A stretch of 61,693 nucleotides of DNA, filler included, from Diploschistes diacapsis (taxonomy: Eukaryota): assembly GCA_023645945.1 (NCBI GenBank). It is 4 parts of 4 records of this genome, joined end to end, with 100 filler letters (N's around TTAATTAATTAA, not from the genome) between each part and the next. Parts side by side here need not be neighbours in the genome. Positions count along the whole stretch, not along the records: positions 30,956 to 46,275 come from JALAIB010000555.1; positions 46,376 to 61,693 come from JALAIB010000556.1; 2 more parts are not named here. One strand, 5' to 3'. This document shows, in pieces, positions 37,288-49,204 of this stretch. The position numbers and the translations under genes were made by a program. The first letter of the stretch is position 1, and each line of letters starts with the position of its first letter. Below the pieces are notes generated by a model. The model saw only the letters and a program-made list of their open reading frames with translations. It had not been told where the DNA came from and ran no database searches.

Positions 37288-38448
37288 TCATAACGACGGA
37301 CCCCTAGCTCTTGACCGAGACGCTGAGCCCGACACCAGAGCCCTACTTCCTACACCCAATTGGTGAAGTCGCGGAGGCAATGATCTCTCCACGCGGGCGC
37401 TTCTCTCCGTTGTCCTCCCTCTCTCTGTGTGTGCCTTCCGTGGTCGGCTGGGCGAAGAACTCATGGTTTTGCTTCTCACCCCTTTCGTGACAGTCCTGGG
37501 CGGTTCTTCTTGTCGCGACTCTTCGTCAGGCTGAAATGTCGACCTGGGCATCCCCTGTGGCCGCTCACTCCTGTTGTGAAGCTCAAAAGGTCCAATCTGA
37601 GGCGAGAGTTCGACATTCTCGTTGATTTCACTTGGCCTTTTCTTCAGGGTTCCAGACTGCGAAGCCCTTGGGGAGAGGGCGCCGTGCATCATTACCGAGT
37701 CGTTCAGGGTACTCGCAACGGCTTCCAATCTTGAGCGTTGAGTTTTCCTGGTACGCTGGCGTCGGAAAAAAAGGTATCCCAACAACATCAGAAATGAAAA
37801 GTTGAGAGTGCACGCAATCGCGATTCCGGCTGCTGCAGGACCACTCAAATCAGAAAAGCGATACCTCTTTCGTTGGGCTGAAGTTGTTATCCACCCTTGA
37901 TTTGAGATTGAGCAATTGTGGCATATCGTGCCATTCGTTGAGGTGAATGAATTTTTGCTAATCCGAAACACATGGCTAGATGCTGCTGGCAGAGTAGTAG
38001 TATTGTTTGGATACGCGTAATTAAGGTCGAATCGGCCCTCCGAGTGTGGATGCTGGGGATCGAAGAGTCCAAAATTCAGGGGCCATATAGTCCACCCATT
38101 TATTGGATATGTGGATGATGAATTAAGAGCTAAAGCGTGAATTAAATTAGACAAGTGCCTTGTCGATGTGTTCAAATAGAAAAGACGATGCGTACCAAGA
38201 GTTTCGTTCTCCTTGTCGTTGATCCAAAGAGAAAGTTGGAGGTTAACATCTGGTTGGAGCAGAGAAGATGATGACCACGAAACATTTATAATATCCATAC
38301 TTGAAAATTGCCCGCCAGGCTCATTAGGGAGGGGGTAGACAAAGGTTGTTAAGCTGGCCGTCATGATGGGTATCAAATTACAATATAAAAAGCGATTGCC
38401 TCTAATTAGGGTTATGGAGGACAGAACAACCAAGGGGCATTCGAACAT
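37288..38448 (-). CDS. Hypothetical single-pass (type I) membrane protein
   Basis: Asn-rich ectodomain with several NxS/T sequons, TM segment AAAGIAIACTLNFSFLMLLGYLFF followed by RRQRTRK, and a disordered tail. The start may be ATG 38364, and an in-frame intron is possible. Confidence 0.6.
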   Translation of the reverse strand: MFECPLVVLSSITLIRGNRFLYCNLIPIMTASLTTFVYPLPNEPGGQFSSMDIINVSWSSSSLLQPDVNLQLSLWINDKENETLGTHRLFYLNTSTRHLSNLIHALALNSSSTYPINGWTIWPLNFGLFDPQHPHSEGRFDLNYAYPNNTTTLPAASSHVFRISKNSFTSTNGTICHNCSISNQGWITTSAQRKRYRFSDLSGPAAAGIAIACTLNFSFLMLLGYLFFRRQRTRKTQRSRLEAVASTLNDSVMMHGALSPRASQSGTLKKRPSEINENVELSPQIGPFELHNRSERPQGMPRSTFQPDEESRQEEPPRTVTKGVRSKTMSSSPSRPRKAHTERGRTTERSARVERSLPPRLHQLGVGSRALVSGSASRSRARGPSL

Positions 38449-39141
38449 AATATGGCATTCTCGTGGTTGACCACCGAAGTTGCTTCAGCTATTAGTAAGG
38501 TGAACATCGGCGAACGACTTCGCATAATGTTTTGCACTTTCCTGAGGACATCCATAACAGCCTACTCGGCGCCTGAGCAGCTAGGAGAGCTGGAACGCCA
38601 TACTGTGGGCGGCGTAGTTAGCTATGCGTTCTGTTCCCGGGCCCGTTCCCCTAGTTACATGGGTCATCGTCTTATCAAGCGAGGTTGCTTGATGAGCAAA
38701 AAACACTATCAGAATTTCCTACCATGATCCTGTCCGCATCATCATCATCGTTCTCAGATGGAATTCTTCCCGGTGTTATGGCGGGCGCCGAGTGAGGATA
38801 CTCGGGCTCGAAGCAGTGCACATAGAGGCCTGCGTGGGCATGTCTGTCTCACGTATGCATAGGTGTAAAGGTGGCGCTTACGTAACATAGCAGTAATCAC
38901 ATGAATATGCTATAATCACGGGGTTGGCGTGTAACCACAGAAAGCCGCAAACACGAGGTGCTTTAGACAGAGAAGAATGAATGTACACTGATGTCTGGGC
39001 ACATGTTTTGGGGAGAACTTGAAGTACGCATTGATCGTAAGCTCTGAAACTAAGATTCGAGGGCCATGAAAATGAAGCGGGGGGAGGGGGTATCTTTAAC
39101 CTTTGGCCCTTGCACCTATGTGAGGACCCTCACATTACACA

Positions 39142-42100
39142 TCAATACTTCACCCTCGACGGCGTAGAGTTCCCTTGAGACGAAGACATCGAGTAAGGTG
39201 CCTGATGGAGGACACGGTAAGCTCAGTCTGGACGTTTCTTTGCAGCTCGAGGACTCACGAGAACTTTCTTGGCGTTGCAGACCCGCCACGCCAGGTTCTT
39301 TACCGTTCCGTCGGCTTGCACTACCTCCGGGGCAAACTCGATACCGAACATGTACTGAACAGCATAGACGACCCGTTTGGCGTACTTGCCATTTCTCTCT
39401 ACCAGTCCTCCAAACCCTTCGCTGACCGTGTTTGGAGCGATTTCCGGGTCCCTATCGAAACAGTTCTGCACAAGAGGTAGCAGCGTCTTCTCCATCGCAA
39501 CTGCTAGACGTCCTTCTGAATCTACCTCCGCATCGTCTTCATCAAACTTCTCGATGTGTATCTCGAAGGGTCGCGATATAGCCATCACGTTGTGCTTACC
39601 ATTGTGATGGTACCGAAATTCGAAGACGCCAACCTCCCAAAAGAGCTTGTCGCCGTTGAACTCCATCTCGCCGCTCAAGAAGTCTTGTGCCTCACCATCT
39701 TGCCGGTTCCTACCGGAGTTGAGAATACCGCTGCTGAGCCATCCCGAGTTTGCGATAGGGGAATCGTATTGATCGTTCTCAACAGGAATCCAGCGCCCCT
39801 GTGACGCCACCCTGGTAACTGTCCGTGAGGGGTTGTCCGTAACCTTGTACAATCCAATCCAGTCCCATTTGCTATGATTTAACGGCGCGGTCCAGCGAAC
39901 CTTGATGGAGGATCCATAAGAAAACGTGAGAGGGCCGGTTGCGGATGCCTTCCCTTCTATCTCCAACGAGTAGTCCTTGGGATCGAAGCCAGCCAAGTCG
40001 GGCTCCAAGCGGGTAATGCTGATGCGAGCGGGGTATTTAAACATTGCTGTGGAATCCTTCACAAAAACGTGAACACCAGCGGCAATTTTGGGACGCGCCA
40101 AGTCCATGAATTCTTCCATGAAATCCACAGTTCCTTCGAGCACTCTGTCCACGCTGCTGGGAAAGCGCCGTAACGATGCTGGTAGGCTCCGCTTCAGACT
40201 TTTCATGAAGCCAGAATCCTTGCGCATGTTGCCAGCATAAAGCTTCCGCATGTGCGGCCGCTCGACGAAATGATGAAAAGCGAGGGCTAGGCCATGGCTC
40301 AAGGCAGCCAAGACCGCGATCGGAAGACTCCATGTAATCAAAGCTGCACCCCAGACGCCTGCCAGGCCAATTACGCCTTCTGGGTTATTGAAAAACCGGT
40401 ATATACCATCATAGGTCAACTTGCGCGTAGGTTCGTAGAAGAAATCGCCAAAGAACCACCCAAACTCTCCCAATGTCTCATAGATGGACGCGGCTGTCCA
40501 GATCTGTAACGAGATCAGAGCTACTCCAAAGACATGACCAAGGAAAACGTAGTCGGGGGTCCAGTCCTGCGGAAACTCGTACATCTTCCAAGCTGCTGCA
40601 AAGAAGCTACAGTAAGTCATTGTCATGGCCAGATGATATTGTCCTTTCCATTGGCGCCATGCTTCCTCCGTACTCTCTCCGTACTTCATGAAGTGGCGGG
40701 TCCATGACTTTTCGGCAGATTGCTGCCTCAGGATAAATCCCATCCCAATAGAATACCATATTCTCCAACCAGCCGCGTGGATGACGAACAGCGCTTGCCA
40801 AAGGGGTGTTGATGGTGAAGAGAATGTAATCGCAAGCATGAAGATCTGTAGCAAAACGACCGATGTGTCTGCAATTCTAAACAAGTCAAGACTTTGGAAC
40901 CCGAAAAGATTGTGTACCGGCGATGGACGTTCTGTTGATGCTAGTGTCGGACCCCCATTGATATCGCATGCTGGATCGTCGAGGTGATCGTCTTCCACAC
41001 TATTCTCACCTGATGATGGCCTCCGCGGCGGTGGTGGAGGGCTATAGGTCTTGTCCATATGCGGCCTCTCAACCACCTTGAGGAAGATCAACTGCATTAC
41101 GTGTGCGAAGATGGAGACAAAAAGAACATTGCGATTGTTCGCAATGCAGGAGATTCCATAAAACCCCACATAGCCGATCGTGTACATTGGATCAGGGGCC
41201 ATCTCGTAGACTCCATCGAAGATCAATTTCTGATCAATGTAATAGAAGAAATCGCCCCAGTACCATGCATAGTCCTTTACGACGCGGTGAGCGTCCATCT
41301 TAACGTAATAGTTGAATATAACTAAAGACAATCCGACGGCCCACCGAGTGGCTGCGAAGAACGGTGTTTCGTTTGGGTCGATGGTAATGTTCGCTATGGC
41401 AAATAGGCAATACGAGACAAAATCGCTCATCAAGGTCAGGTCGCAAACGCGGCGAAACAGTAGCCAGGTGTTGTACTCAAGTGGCGCTGTCTCGAAATTG
41501 TAGTCGCTTGGGATCTTAGTCTCTAACTCACGCTTGAGTAGTCGATAGAGAAAGGGACGAGGATTGTCCCCAGTTCTGGGATTCACGAAAATTTTATATT
41601 TTCTTGCCCATGCGTCAAGACGCCGATAGTTTGACTGAATGTACAGCAAGTAGCCAATACCCACGTTGTAAGCCACCCGCCACCCGAAGAAAACAACAAG
41701 GAAGACAGGAACACGCCATGATTTTGGTAGCATGAACAGCGACAGGATATGCAGCCCAAGAAAGGCTAGCAAGAATAGATCACCAGCATTTTTAGGCTGG
41801 CTTGGAGACAGTAGCTGAGACACCATATCGTGAGTTTCAGGTACGACAAATACTATATCCGGTGTCAGCAACAGAATGGACTTGAGACTTTTATAACCGA
41901 AGGATGACAGAGCCAGTAGAATAAAACCCGGTCCGGAATGTTCATGACTCTACCTCGGGGGGCGGAAACAGTGAAGACTTGGGGAGCGGAGGCAGTGAAG
42001 ATTCAGGGGGCGAAGGCAGTTAAGATTAAGGGGGCGGAGACAGCGACGACTCACCAGTGCCATTGGGCGTGCGCCCATAGGTCCGTCTCTCATTCCCCGC

Positions 42101-42235
42101 CGGGATGCGGCTTGCTTCTTCATCGTTAAGTTTTTGTACGAGCTCTTTGGCGTCTTCGGGATCAAGATCCTGTGGAATTGCCCGATCACGAAGAGCATCG
42201 ATGTTGAAGCTCTTCTTGCTGTAACTGAAGGCCAT
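39142..42235 (-). CDS. CHO2: Phosphatidylethanolamine N-methyltransferase
   Basis: [67 protein letters not shown]. The last exon reads [19 protein letters not shown]. Confidence 0.96.
41958..42053. repeat. 24-bp tandem repeat (4 copies) in CHO2 intron 1
   Basis: GGGGGCGGAAACAGTGAAGACTTG / GGGAGCGGAGGCAGTGAAGATTCA / GGGGGCGAAGGCAGTTAAGATTAA / GGGGGCGGAGACAGCGACGACTCA. Confidence 0.85.
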
Positions 42236-43018
42236 GTTGAAGGTTTTGAAAATTACATATCAGTTATGCAATCTCAAGTAAGCCGAACCTTCCTCCTCTT
42301 ACATAAGTGCCGTTGAAGACTCTATCTAGTATTCTGTGTTCAATCAGGATGCAGACCGGTTCAATGGAAAACACAGACTGAAGAGTAAAGGGAAGTCGTG
42401 CAGGCGATTGGGGCCAAGGACTCACCCATATCTATTAACAAGCAGCGACGTCAATCAAAGAGGACCGGCATGAAGAGAAGAGGTACGTGGAACCATTAAA
42501 GGTAAAGACCAGCTGGCATCCCTCCAGCCTATCCAAATTCTACTTGGCCACCATCATTGGTGACCCGTTGTTGAACGTGAAGAGGTTTCTTGCAGAACTT
42601 TGGAGTGCCGAGAGGAATCGCGTATACTAACTAGGCTTAATCAAGTTGAGTCGATATGACGTCTTTCCATGTCTTTCCGTGGGGGTACATTGATTCAATC
42701 TCCAGCCTTGTCCAACTGTTAGCTTGCTCCGCGTCTTATAGCACCTTGAGCCCAGTCTTTTGCCTCGTGCTAACGGTTGCACCTGGCTGGAGGGTTTGTG
42801 GAGAGGGGCACGTGACTGAAATGGGGGCATTTAAAGACATGGCAAATCGATTTGTCAGACAAATAAACCACCAGCACTTGAAGAGACAAGCCAGCAGTTC
42901 AGGTTCTTTTGATGATTGGCAATCTAAACTATCCTTCTATTCCTTCAGACGTTCTAGTTTTTAATCGGTCCTTGGATAGAGGCAAGACTGTTTGTCCTTC
43001 GAGATACAAATCACGGTG

Positions 43019-44105
43019 ATGGCGCATTCATTGGAGGAACCCACCCAAGTCGATCTGAATGCCCCCCTCAAGACAGCGCCAAAGCTTGTGGCCCCCGAAC
43101 CAGGTATGTTTGTGTTTGCCCTCATCATGCATGGCCTATATCCTGATTGGAGCAGAACACTGTCCTGGCCCAGAGTCAAACCTTGCTGGCAAAGGCGACG
43201 CTTGTGCTGGCTGCCCAAACCAGAAGATTTGCGCTAGTGCACCCAAAGGCCCAGATCCCGACATACCTTTGATTACAGCCCGTCTCTCGTCTGTCTCTCA
43301 CAAGATACTCATTCTTTCCGGGAAAGGAGGAGTAGGCAAATCTACTTTCACGACCATGCTTGCTCACGCTTTTGCTTCAAACCCGGATAATACCGTTGGG
43401 ATCATGGACACGGATATCTGTGGACCTTCTATCCCGAAAATGATGGGTGTCGAGGAAGAGACAATACATATCAGCAATGCAGGCTGGAGCCCAGTCTGGG
43501 TAGCGGATAATCTAGGAGTCATGAGCGTTCAGTTCATGCTGCCGAACAGGGATGATGCGGTGATCTGGCGTGGGCCAAAAAAGAACGGTCTAATCAAGCA
43601 GTTTTTGAAAGATGTGGAGTGGGGCGAAATGGATTATCTCCTAGTCGACACACCACCAGGGACTAGTGATGAGCATTTGAGTGTGAATTCCTTCCTCAAA
43701 GAGTCTGGTGTAGATGGCGCCGTGGTGGTCACAACTCCGCAAGAGGTAAGTCTACTAGATGTACGTAAGGAGATCGACTTTTGCTACAAGGCCGGAATCA
43801 AAGTCCTTGGTATTGTGGAGAATATGTCTGGTTTTGTGTGCCCTAGTTGCACTCACAGGAGTCAAATTTTCAAGGCGACGACTGGAGGCGCAAGAAGGTT
43901 GGCTAAGGAGACCGGGATACCGTTCCTTGGGGCTATACCGATAGATCCACGGATTGGAATGGCCTGTGACTATGGCGAAAGCTTCTTCGATGCCTTTCCA
44001 GACAGCCCGGCATGTCAGGCACTTCGAGAGGTTGTCAGGAATGTAGCCAAGCAATCCGGGTCCGATCCAAACGAAGTCCTACCAGATGGTTCTATTGATG
44101 GTTGA
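43019..44105 (+). CDS. NBP35: Cytosolic Fe-S cluster assembly factor Nbp35
   Basis: [24 protein letters not shown]-terminal Fe-S motif, [41 protein letters not shown]. Confidence 0.97.
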
Positions 44106-44157
44106 GGATGAAGGTGGACATCACAGCAGCCCTGAGTTCGATGATTCTAGGGGTGCT

Positions 44158-46275
44158 TTAATCATCCAGAATGGTGCGCAAATCCAGCCTCATCAGGAGG
44201 CTGCGGACTCCTCCGCCTTTCCAAGGATTGAATCTTACTTCGCCCTCGTCTATCTTCAGACCGGTGAGCGCTTGCCCGAGCCTTTCCTGATCAATCTCGT
44301 TAAGTCTCTGCTCGAGGCTTTTCAAAAGGCTCCCAACGCCCTTGGAAGCTTCCGCCAGCCGGCTTTGGATGTCGAGCTCCTCCTGGACCAAATGGGGCGG
44401 TGGTTCAAGAGCTGACAAGCCGCCAGTAGCATGTTCATGCGCTTGTAATGCCTCAACAATCGTGTTGAGCCTATTGGTTAGCGCGACAAGGTGGTCGCAG
44501 CGTGCAAGCAAGGTCTTCAACGACTTTGTAAACGGTGGATCCGTTAGCAGAAGATCGCGAAGAAGAGCATGCAAATAGACTCGATGGGCGGACGCAAGAA
44601 TTTCGGGATCTCGCCCCTCGATGATATTCGAAGTCGACTCTGGCGGTACCTCGAGCCATTGTTTGAAGGCGTTCCACGAGCCAGCAACTATCTCGCCCTG
44701 CAAATATCCGCCGAACTCGGCAAGGAAGAACGTCGTTGAGGAAATCGCTGCCCAGTGAGAGCGCATCTGCTGGTTTCTCTGGTTCGTTAGACTGCCGGTC
44801 GTGGGGGTAGATATGGTTTTGTTAGACCCAGCGGAGCTTTGTGCGAGGGGCACGCGTCTCAGCGTGCTGAGTCTCCAAAGACTGGATAGATGTAGGTGTG
44901 CTCGCCGCACGCTTATGAGATAGGCATTAATCAGTGAATAAATGTCTCTCTCATTTGGCGTGAGGAAAAGGTCTAGTGGTGAAGGCACAGTGATGGTTAG
45001 CGTCGCAGGCGTGGCTAGTAGTGCGTCTTCGAATAGACCTTGTACATCTTTCAGACCGTTTTCATCCGTGATGTTTGCACTCGTACTGCCTTGCTTGATT
45101 CTCAACGAAACCATATCCCTCACCATATCCAATTCCTCATCCGCCTCATCGTCGTCAATATCCTGCAGCACGGCCAACGCAGCCAAAGCCTTGTCCAGCA
45201 CATTCGACACCTCGCCCTCCCTGATCATGACACCGCCCAGTCTCTCCCTATCTCTTTCCCTCAAATCGACGCCACCCCTCAAGTGCCGTCCAGCAAGACA
45301 CTCGTCCGCGGCCGCCACGATCGCCACCGCAAACTCGCCCCTACCGAGCAGGAAAAAGGCCCTCAGCATCTCCAACAACCCCACAATCCTCTCCCCAGGC
45401 AACAATCTCCTCAACGCCTTCTGCGCCAGCGACGCCCGTATCGCCGCCACCGCACCCGCCAAGCTCGTCGCAGCGATCGGATGCCGCAAGCCCTCCAGGT
45501 GCCGCAGGTTGTCCCTCAGCAGCGCCGCCCCCTCGGCGCGCGAGGCCTCCAGCCCCTGCAGCCCACTGCGCCGCACGTGACCCAGCGACCGCCCCACGAA
45601 CAGGATCGAGTCCGCCGTGGCCGGCGCGACGAAGCCGGGCAACAGCTCCGGCACGACCCTGTACTCGGCACCGTCGGTCTCCGTGGTGCCGCTGCCACCG
45701 CCGCCGCCGCCCTGGATCCGCTGGATCGGAAAGTCTGCCTGCCCCGAAGCGGGCACGCGCCCGTACAGCACCCAGCTTGCCAGCGCCCGCACCCATGCCC
45801 GCTCCGCCACGGCCACCAGATCGAGCGCCGTGCACTCCACGTCCGGATACCCCGTGCGCGCCTCGCGCCGCAGCCAGTCGATGGCCTCCGCGCCCGACCG
45901 CGACCCGTCCTTCCTGCCCCCGGCGGTCCCTTTGGCCTTCCCCCCCGCCGCGTTGCCCTCGACAAACTCCAGGCAGCGCGCCAGCCAGCCCAGCCTCCTC
46001 TCCCACCCCGCGAATTCGGCCGCGATCTGGCTCAGCGGCACGATGTCGTAGGCGCCGACGTACAGGGGGTCGTTGGAGAGGATGCTCCTTTCGACGGCTA
46101 GGATTTTCTGTTGGAAAGCGTGCAGGTGGGTGGAGGCGACGGCGGAGGCGACGGCGCGGCAGATGAGTGAGGGGTGGGTCGTGCTGAGCGTGGAGGAGGT
46201 TTGGCGGAGGGAGGAATGGAGGTGCCCGAGGGAGGAGAGCTGCGTGAGGAGGGAGGCTTCGGAGGGGGAGAGGAG
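44158..46275 (-). CDS. GCP4: Gamma-tubulin complex component GCP4 (Spc97/Spc98 family), 5' end truncated
   Basis: ICRAVASAV..FQQKILAVERSIL..VGAYDIVPLS, TGYPDVE, FFLLGRGEFAVA, PLDLFL, DPEILASAHRVYL, LLMRLD. Confidence 0.88.
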   Translation of the reverse strand, partial: LLSPSEASLLTQLSSLGHLHSSLRQTSSTLSTTHPSLICRAVASAVASTHLHAFQQKILAVERSILSNDPLYVGAYDIVPLSQIAAEFAGWERRLGWLARCLEFVEGNAAGGKAKGTAGGRKDGSRSGAEAIDWLRREARTGYPDVECTALDLVAVAERAWVRALASWVLYGRVPASGQADFPIQRIQGGGGGGSGTTETDGAEYRVVPELLPGFVAPATADSILFVGRSLGHVRRSGLQGLEASRAEGAALLRDNLRHLEGLRHPIAATSLAGAVAAIRASLAQKALRRLLPGERIVGLLEMLRAFFLLGRGEFAVAIVAAADECLAGRHLRGGVDLRERDRERLGGVMIREGEVSNVLDKALAALAVLQDIDDDEADEELDMVRDMVSLRIKQGSTSANITDENGLKDVQGLFEDALLATPATLTITVPSPLDLFLTPNERDIYSLINAYLISVRRAHLHLSSLWRLSTLRRVPLAQSSAGSNKTISTPTTGSLTNQRNQQMRSHWAAISSTTFFLAEFGGYLQGEIVAGSWNAFKQWLEVPPESTSNIIEGRDPEILASAHRVYLHALLRDLLLTDPPFTKSLKTLLARCDHLVALTNRLNTIVEALQAHEHATGGLSALEPPPHLVQEELDIQSRLAEASKGVGSLLKSLEQRLNEIDQERLGQALTGLKIDEGEVRFNPWKGGGVRSLLMRLDLRTILDD

Positions 46276-46375
46276 NNNNNNNNNNNNNNNNNNNNNNNNN
46301 NNNNNNNNNNNNNNNNNNNTTAATTAATTAANNNNNNNNNNNNNNNNNNNNNNNNNNNNNNNNNNNNNNNNNNNN
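46276..46375. other. Artificial contig linker
   Basis: 44 N + TTAATTAATTAA + 44 N. Confidence 0.97.
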
Positions 46376-46401
46376 ATTCTCACGCCCCCATCCCCCAACA
46401 G

Positions 46402-46686
46402 CTCATAATCCCCAAAACGCACGCCCCCAAGCTCACCGACGTGCCGGACGTCGAGCTCGAAGCCATCCTGCCCGTCGCCAAGAAGATCGCCGGCGCCGTC
46501 GGGTGCGCGGACTACAACGTGCTGCAGAACAACGGGCGGCTCGCGCACCAGGTCGTCGACCACGTGCACTTCCACGTGATCCCCAAGCCGGACGAGAAGC
46601 AGGGGCTTGGGATCGGGTGGCCGGCGCAGGAGACGGATATGGAGAGGATCAAGAAGGTTTTTGAGGAGGTCAAGGCCAAGATGTGA
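46402..46686 (+). CDS. HNT1: HIT-family adenosine monophosphoramidase, last exon only
   Basis: LIIPKTHAPKLTDVPD..YNVLQNNGRLAHQVVDHVHFHVIPKP..GLGIGWP with the histidine triad HVHFH, preceded by a CAG acceptor at 46401. Confidence 0.93.
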   Translation, partial: LIIPKTHAPKLTDVPDVELEAILPVAKKIAGAVGCADYNVLQNNGRLAHQVVDHVHFHVIPKPDEKQGLGIGWPAQETDMERIKKVFEEVKAKM

Positions 46687-46989
46687 GAGGGGGAAAGGGT
46701 GGGACGGGCAGTCGGCGTTGGAGGGGTTCGGGAGAGAGTGGAAAGGAGAGAAGGATGGATGGATGGAGGGAAACTATCGCTCGGTTGGAGTTCTTGCCTC
46801 CCAGGCACAGTAGCAGTGGGATGGGGAATATGTCTTGCTCGTTGTACATATGCGATGCATGCATGCATGCATGTATGTACGTGCGGAATCTAGCGCTTGG
46901 GCCGTTACAGAATCAACGAAAAGCTCCCTCCCAACAACCCGTCCGTCGGATTCGTCGCGCCCGCCACGTAGGATCAACCCTGAAAGACG

Positions 46990-48213
46990 CCGTCCCTCCG
47001 AATATATCCAAAAAACCTTCTCAACATGTTCCCAAAACCTCTTGCGCCGCCCCCAGCGCCTCGAACTTCCAATACGCCTTGGTGCTCGCGAGAACCTCCC
47101 CCTTCGAAACCAACCCGATGGTGCCCTCAACCTCTAGTCCCGTCCGCGGCGACCGCCGCTTCCCCTTCCCCTCCCAATTCCTGCCCCTCTCTCGCCCCTT
47201 TTCGAACCCTTGGCCGGATACCGCCCACCATCCAAACACGGGCCCAACAACCCCAGGCCCACGGCCACTTGAACCATCCCGGCACGTTCGTTCCCACGCG
47301 TCTCGAAGTTGTTCGTCTCGACGTGGCCCGGGGTACGTGTGCACGAATCTGATTCGCTCTCCACCCTCCTCGCTGTTTGCGTCCGTGTCGACTCGGGCCC
47401 CTCCCGCACCGCCATCTCCTCGTACCAAAAAGACGTCGTAGACGCTGGTTACGATGGCGCCGTGCGGAAGGGTGGGGCGTCGCAGGAGGGGAAGGAGGGT
47501 GCTGGGTAGGAGGGCGCGGGAGTAGAAGTTGAGGGAGGCGGTGCGCTCGAGATGCTCGGGGGTTTCTGTGGGAGGGGGGGTAAGGGGTCGGTGAACGATT
47601 GGGCAGGTGGGTTGAGACTTGCCGGCAGGAGGGGAAAAGAGCGGGGAGAGGGGCTGTAAGGGCTGGGGGGACCCGATAGTCTGAGGCATCTTCAAATATA
47701 TTTTTTGTACCGCTCCCATCCGCATATTTTGGGAATGCAAAATGGAGGAACTGTCGCGAGAGCCGGGAAGCACACGCCGTGAAGAGATGGAACTCACCCT
47801 GCCTTTTGAAACTGATAAGCCCCCTGACTCAACACCAGTTGATCTACCTTCCCCTTTCCATCTCCATTCTTTTCTTCTTCCATCCTGACAATCTCCTGCC
47901 CCATCCTCCTTACGTCCGCCAGTATCGCCAGATCATCCGCCTGTACAAACAGAAACTCTGCGTTCTTTCCCCTTGTCGTCGCATGGCCGTCTGCACTCAG
48001 CAATAACCTCCTCTGCCTTGACTCTCGTGCGACCAATGATGGAACCTCTCACTGTTGAGTGGGAAGTGTGTGCTGGCACCAGGCAACCGTCAAAGCCTTG
48101 ACGCAGAAAGAGCCAATGCCGGTTGTGGCTCCGGCAAAGACGGCGGTGTAGGAGGGACCGGCAGAACGTATGATGGATGCGTTGACATCGCGGACAACAG
48201 AGATGTCAACCGT
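46990..48213 (-). pseudogene. SDR-family oxidoreductase pseudogene
   Basis: ACG stands in place of ATG after CCACC. Segments are TAVFAGATTGIG, frameshift, IIGRTRVKAEEVIAECRR, frameshift, FVQADDLAIL..LVLSQG, then ETPEHL..SLNFYSR..LLPLL, FVHTYPG and WEHVEKVF in further frames. Confidence 0.8.
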
Positions 48214-49204
48214 GGTGGTCAGAAACAGGAGAAAGAAAGGGGCTATGGACGATGTTTGGTATGGGCATATACAGAGTGGTTAAGGAGGTATGGATACTGA
48301 GAGCAGGAGCAGCGCCACGGGAGAAGGATACTTTATGTATTTCATTCCAACTGATTGAAACACGGCTGCTTTATGAGCCTTCCGTCCATCCCACGTGAGA
48401 TCCATTCAAGCAGACCAGGAGAAATTTGGACTTCCCACGAGGGTGCAGATAGACTTATTGAATCCGCAGTAGAAAGACATAGCCGGAGGGATTATTAACC
48501 CCAGCCCGGGGGGGGGCTGTTCACCCTGAGACGCGTTACGAGACCACCCACCGGGCCGTCCGACTCCTCGTCTACACTCTTGCGCGGTAGATGTTCAGTT
48601 GGTAACTGTGTTAACTAGTCGACTGAAGGGTTTCCGCTCCGCGGGAGCCTCCTACAAAGAAAGAAGTAGCATCACCACGGAGCGCATCCCTTATATAAAT
48701 GGGCGGCAGCGCTCTCCCCAGGAAATTCCGGAATGTTACGGAATGCTGTTAACCCCTGGTCTGGTGGCAGCAAGTAGGATACAAAAGTCTTGGCTATCTA
48801 TTTTTGGCACTTATGCTTGGCATGATGACTAAAGTTACCGATTTTGCCAAGACAAATCTCGGTATCTTTCAGGCCAGGACAGGCGGGGTAGCTCGTTATG
48901 AGCTAACCGAAATTACAAAGGTTAGCACCGCGTTAGGTCAGCGCCACACTAGCAGGATATTTTGCCCCCACCTCAAACCTTGTCCTTTTTGGGGGTAATT
49001 TTCGTATGTGCGTAATTTTCAATTTGAACTAATCTAAAGGCCCGGCTCAACTATTATCCTTCGCACGCTTTCATTGACACAGACTCGGAGGTATAATGAA
49101 GCACAGCTTGCGCTCATTTCAGAAGCCTTCAATTGGTCTCTCTAAGAAGCCTTTGCAGAGTTTTCAATTAAAGTGTTTGATCTAACCAGCCTCAACCACA
49201 TACG

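Noticed and set aside
46276..46686. Apparent divergent GCP4-HNT1 pair
   Set aside because: The two genes are separated by an artificial linker and lie on different contigs.
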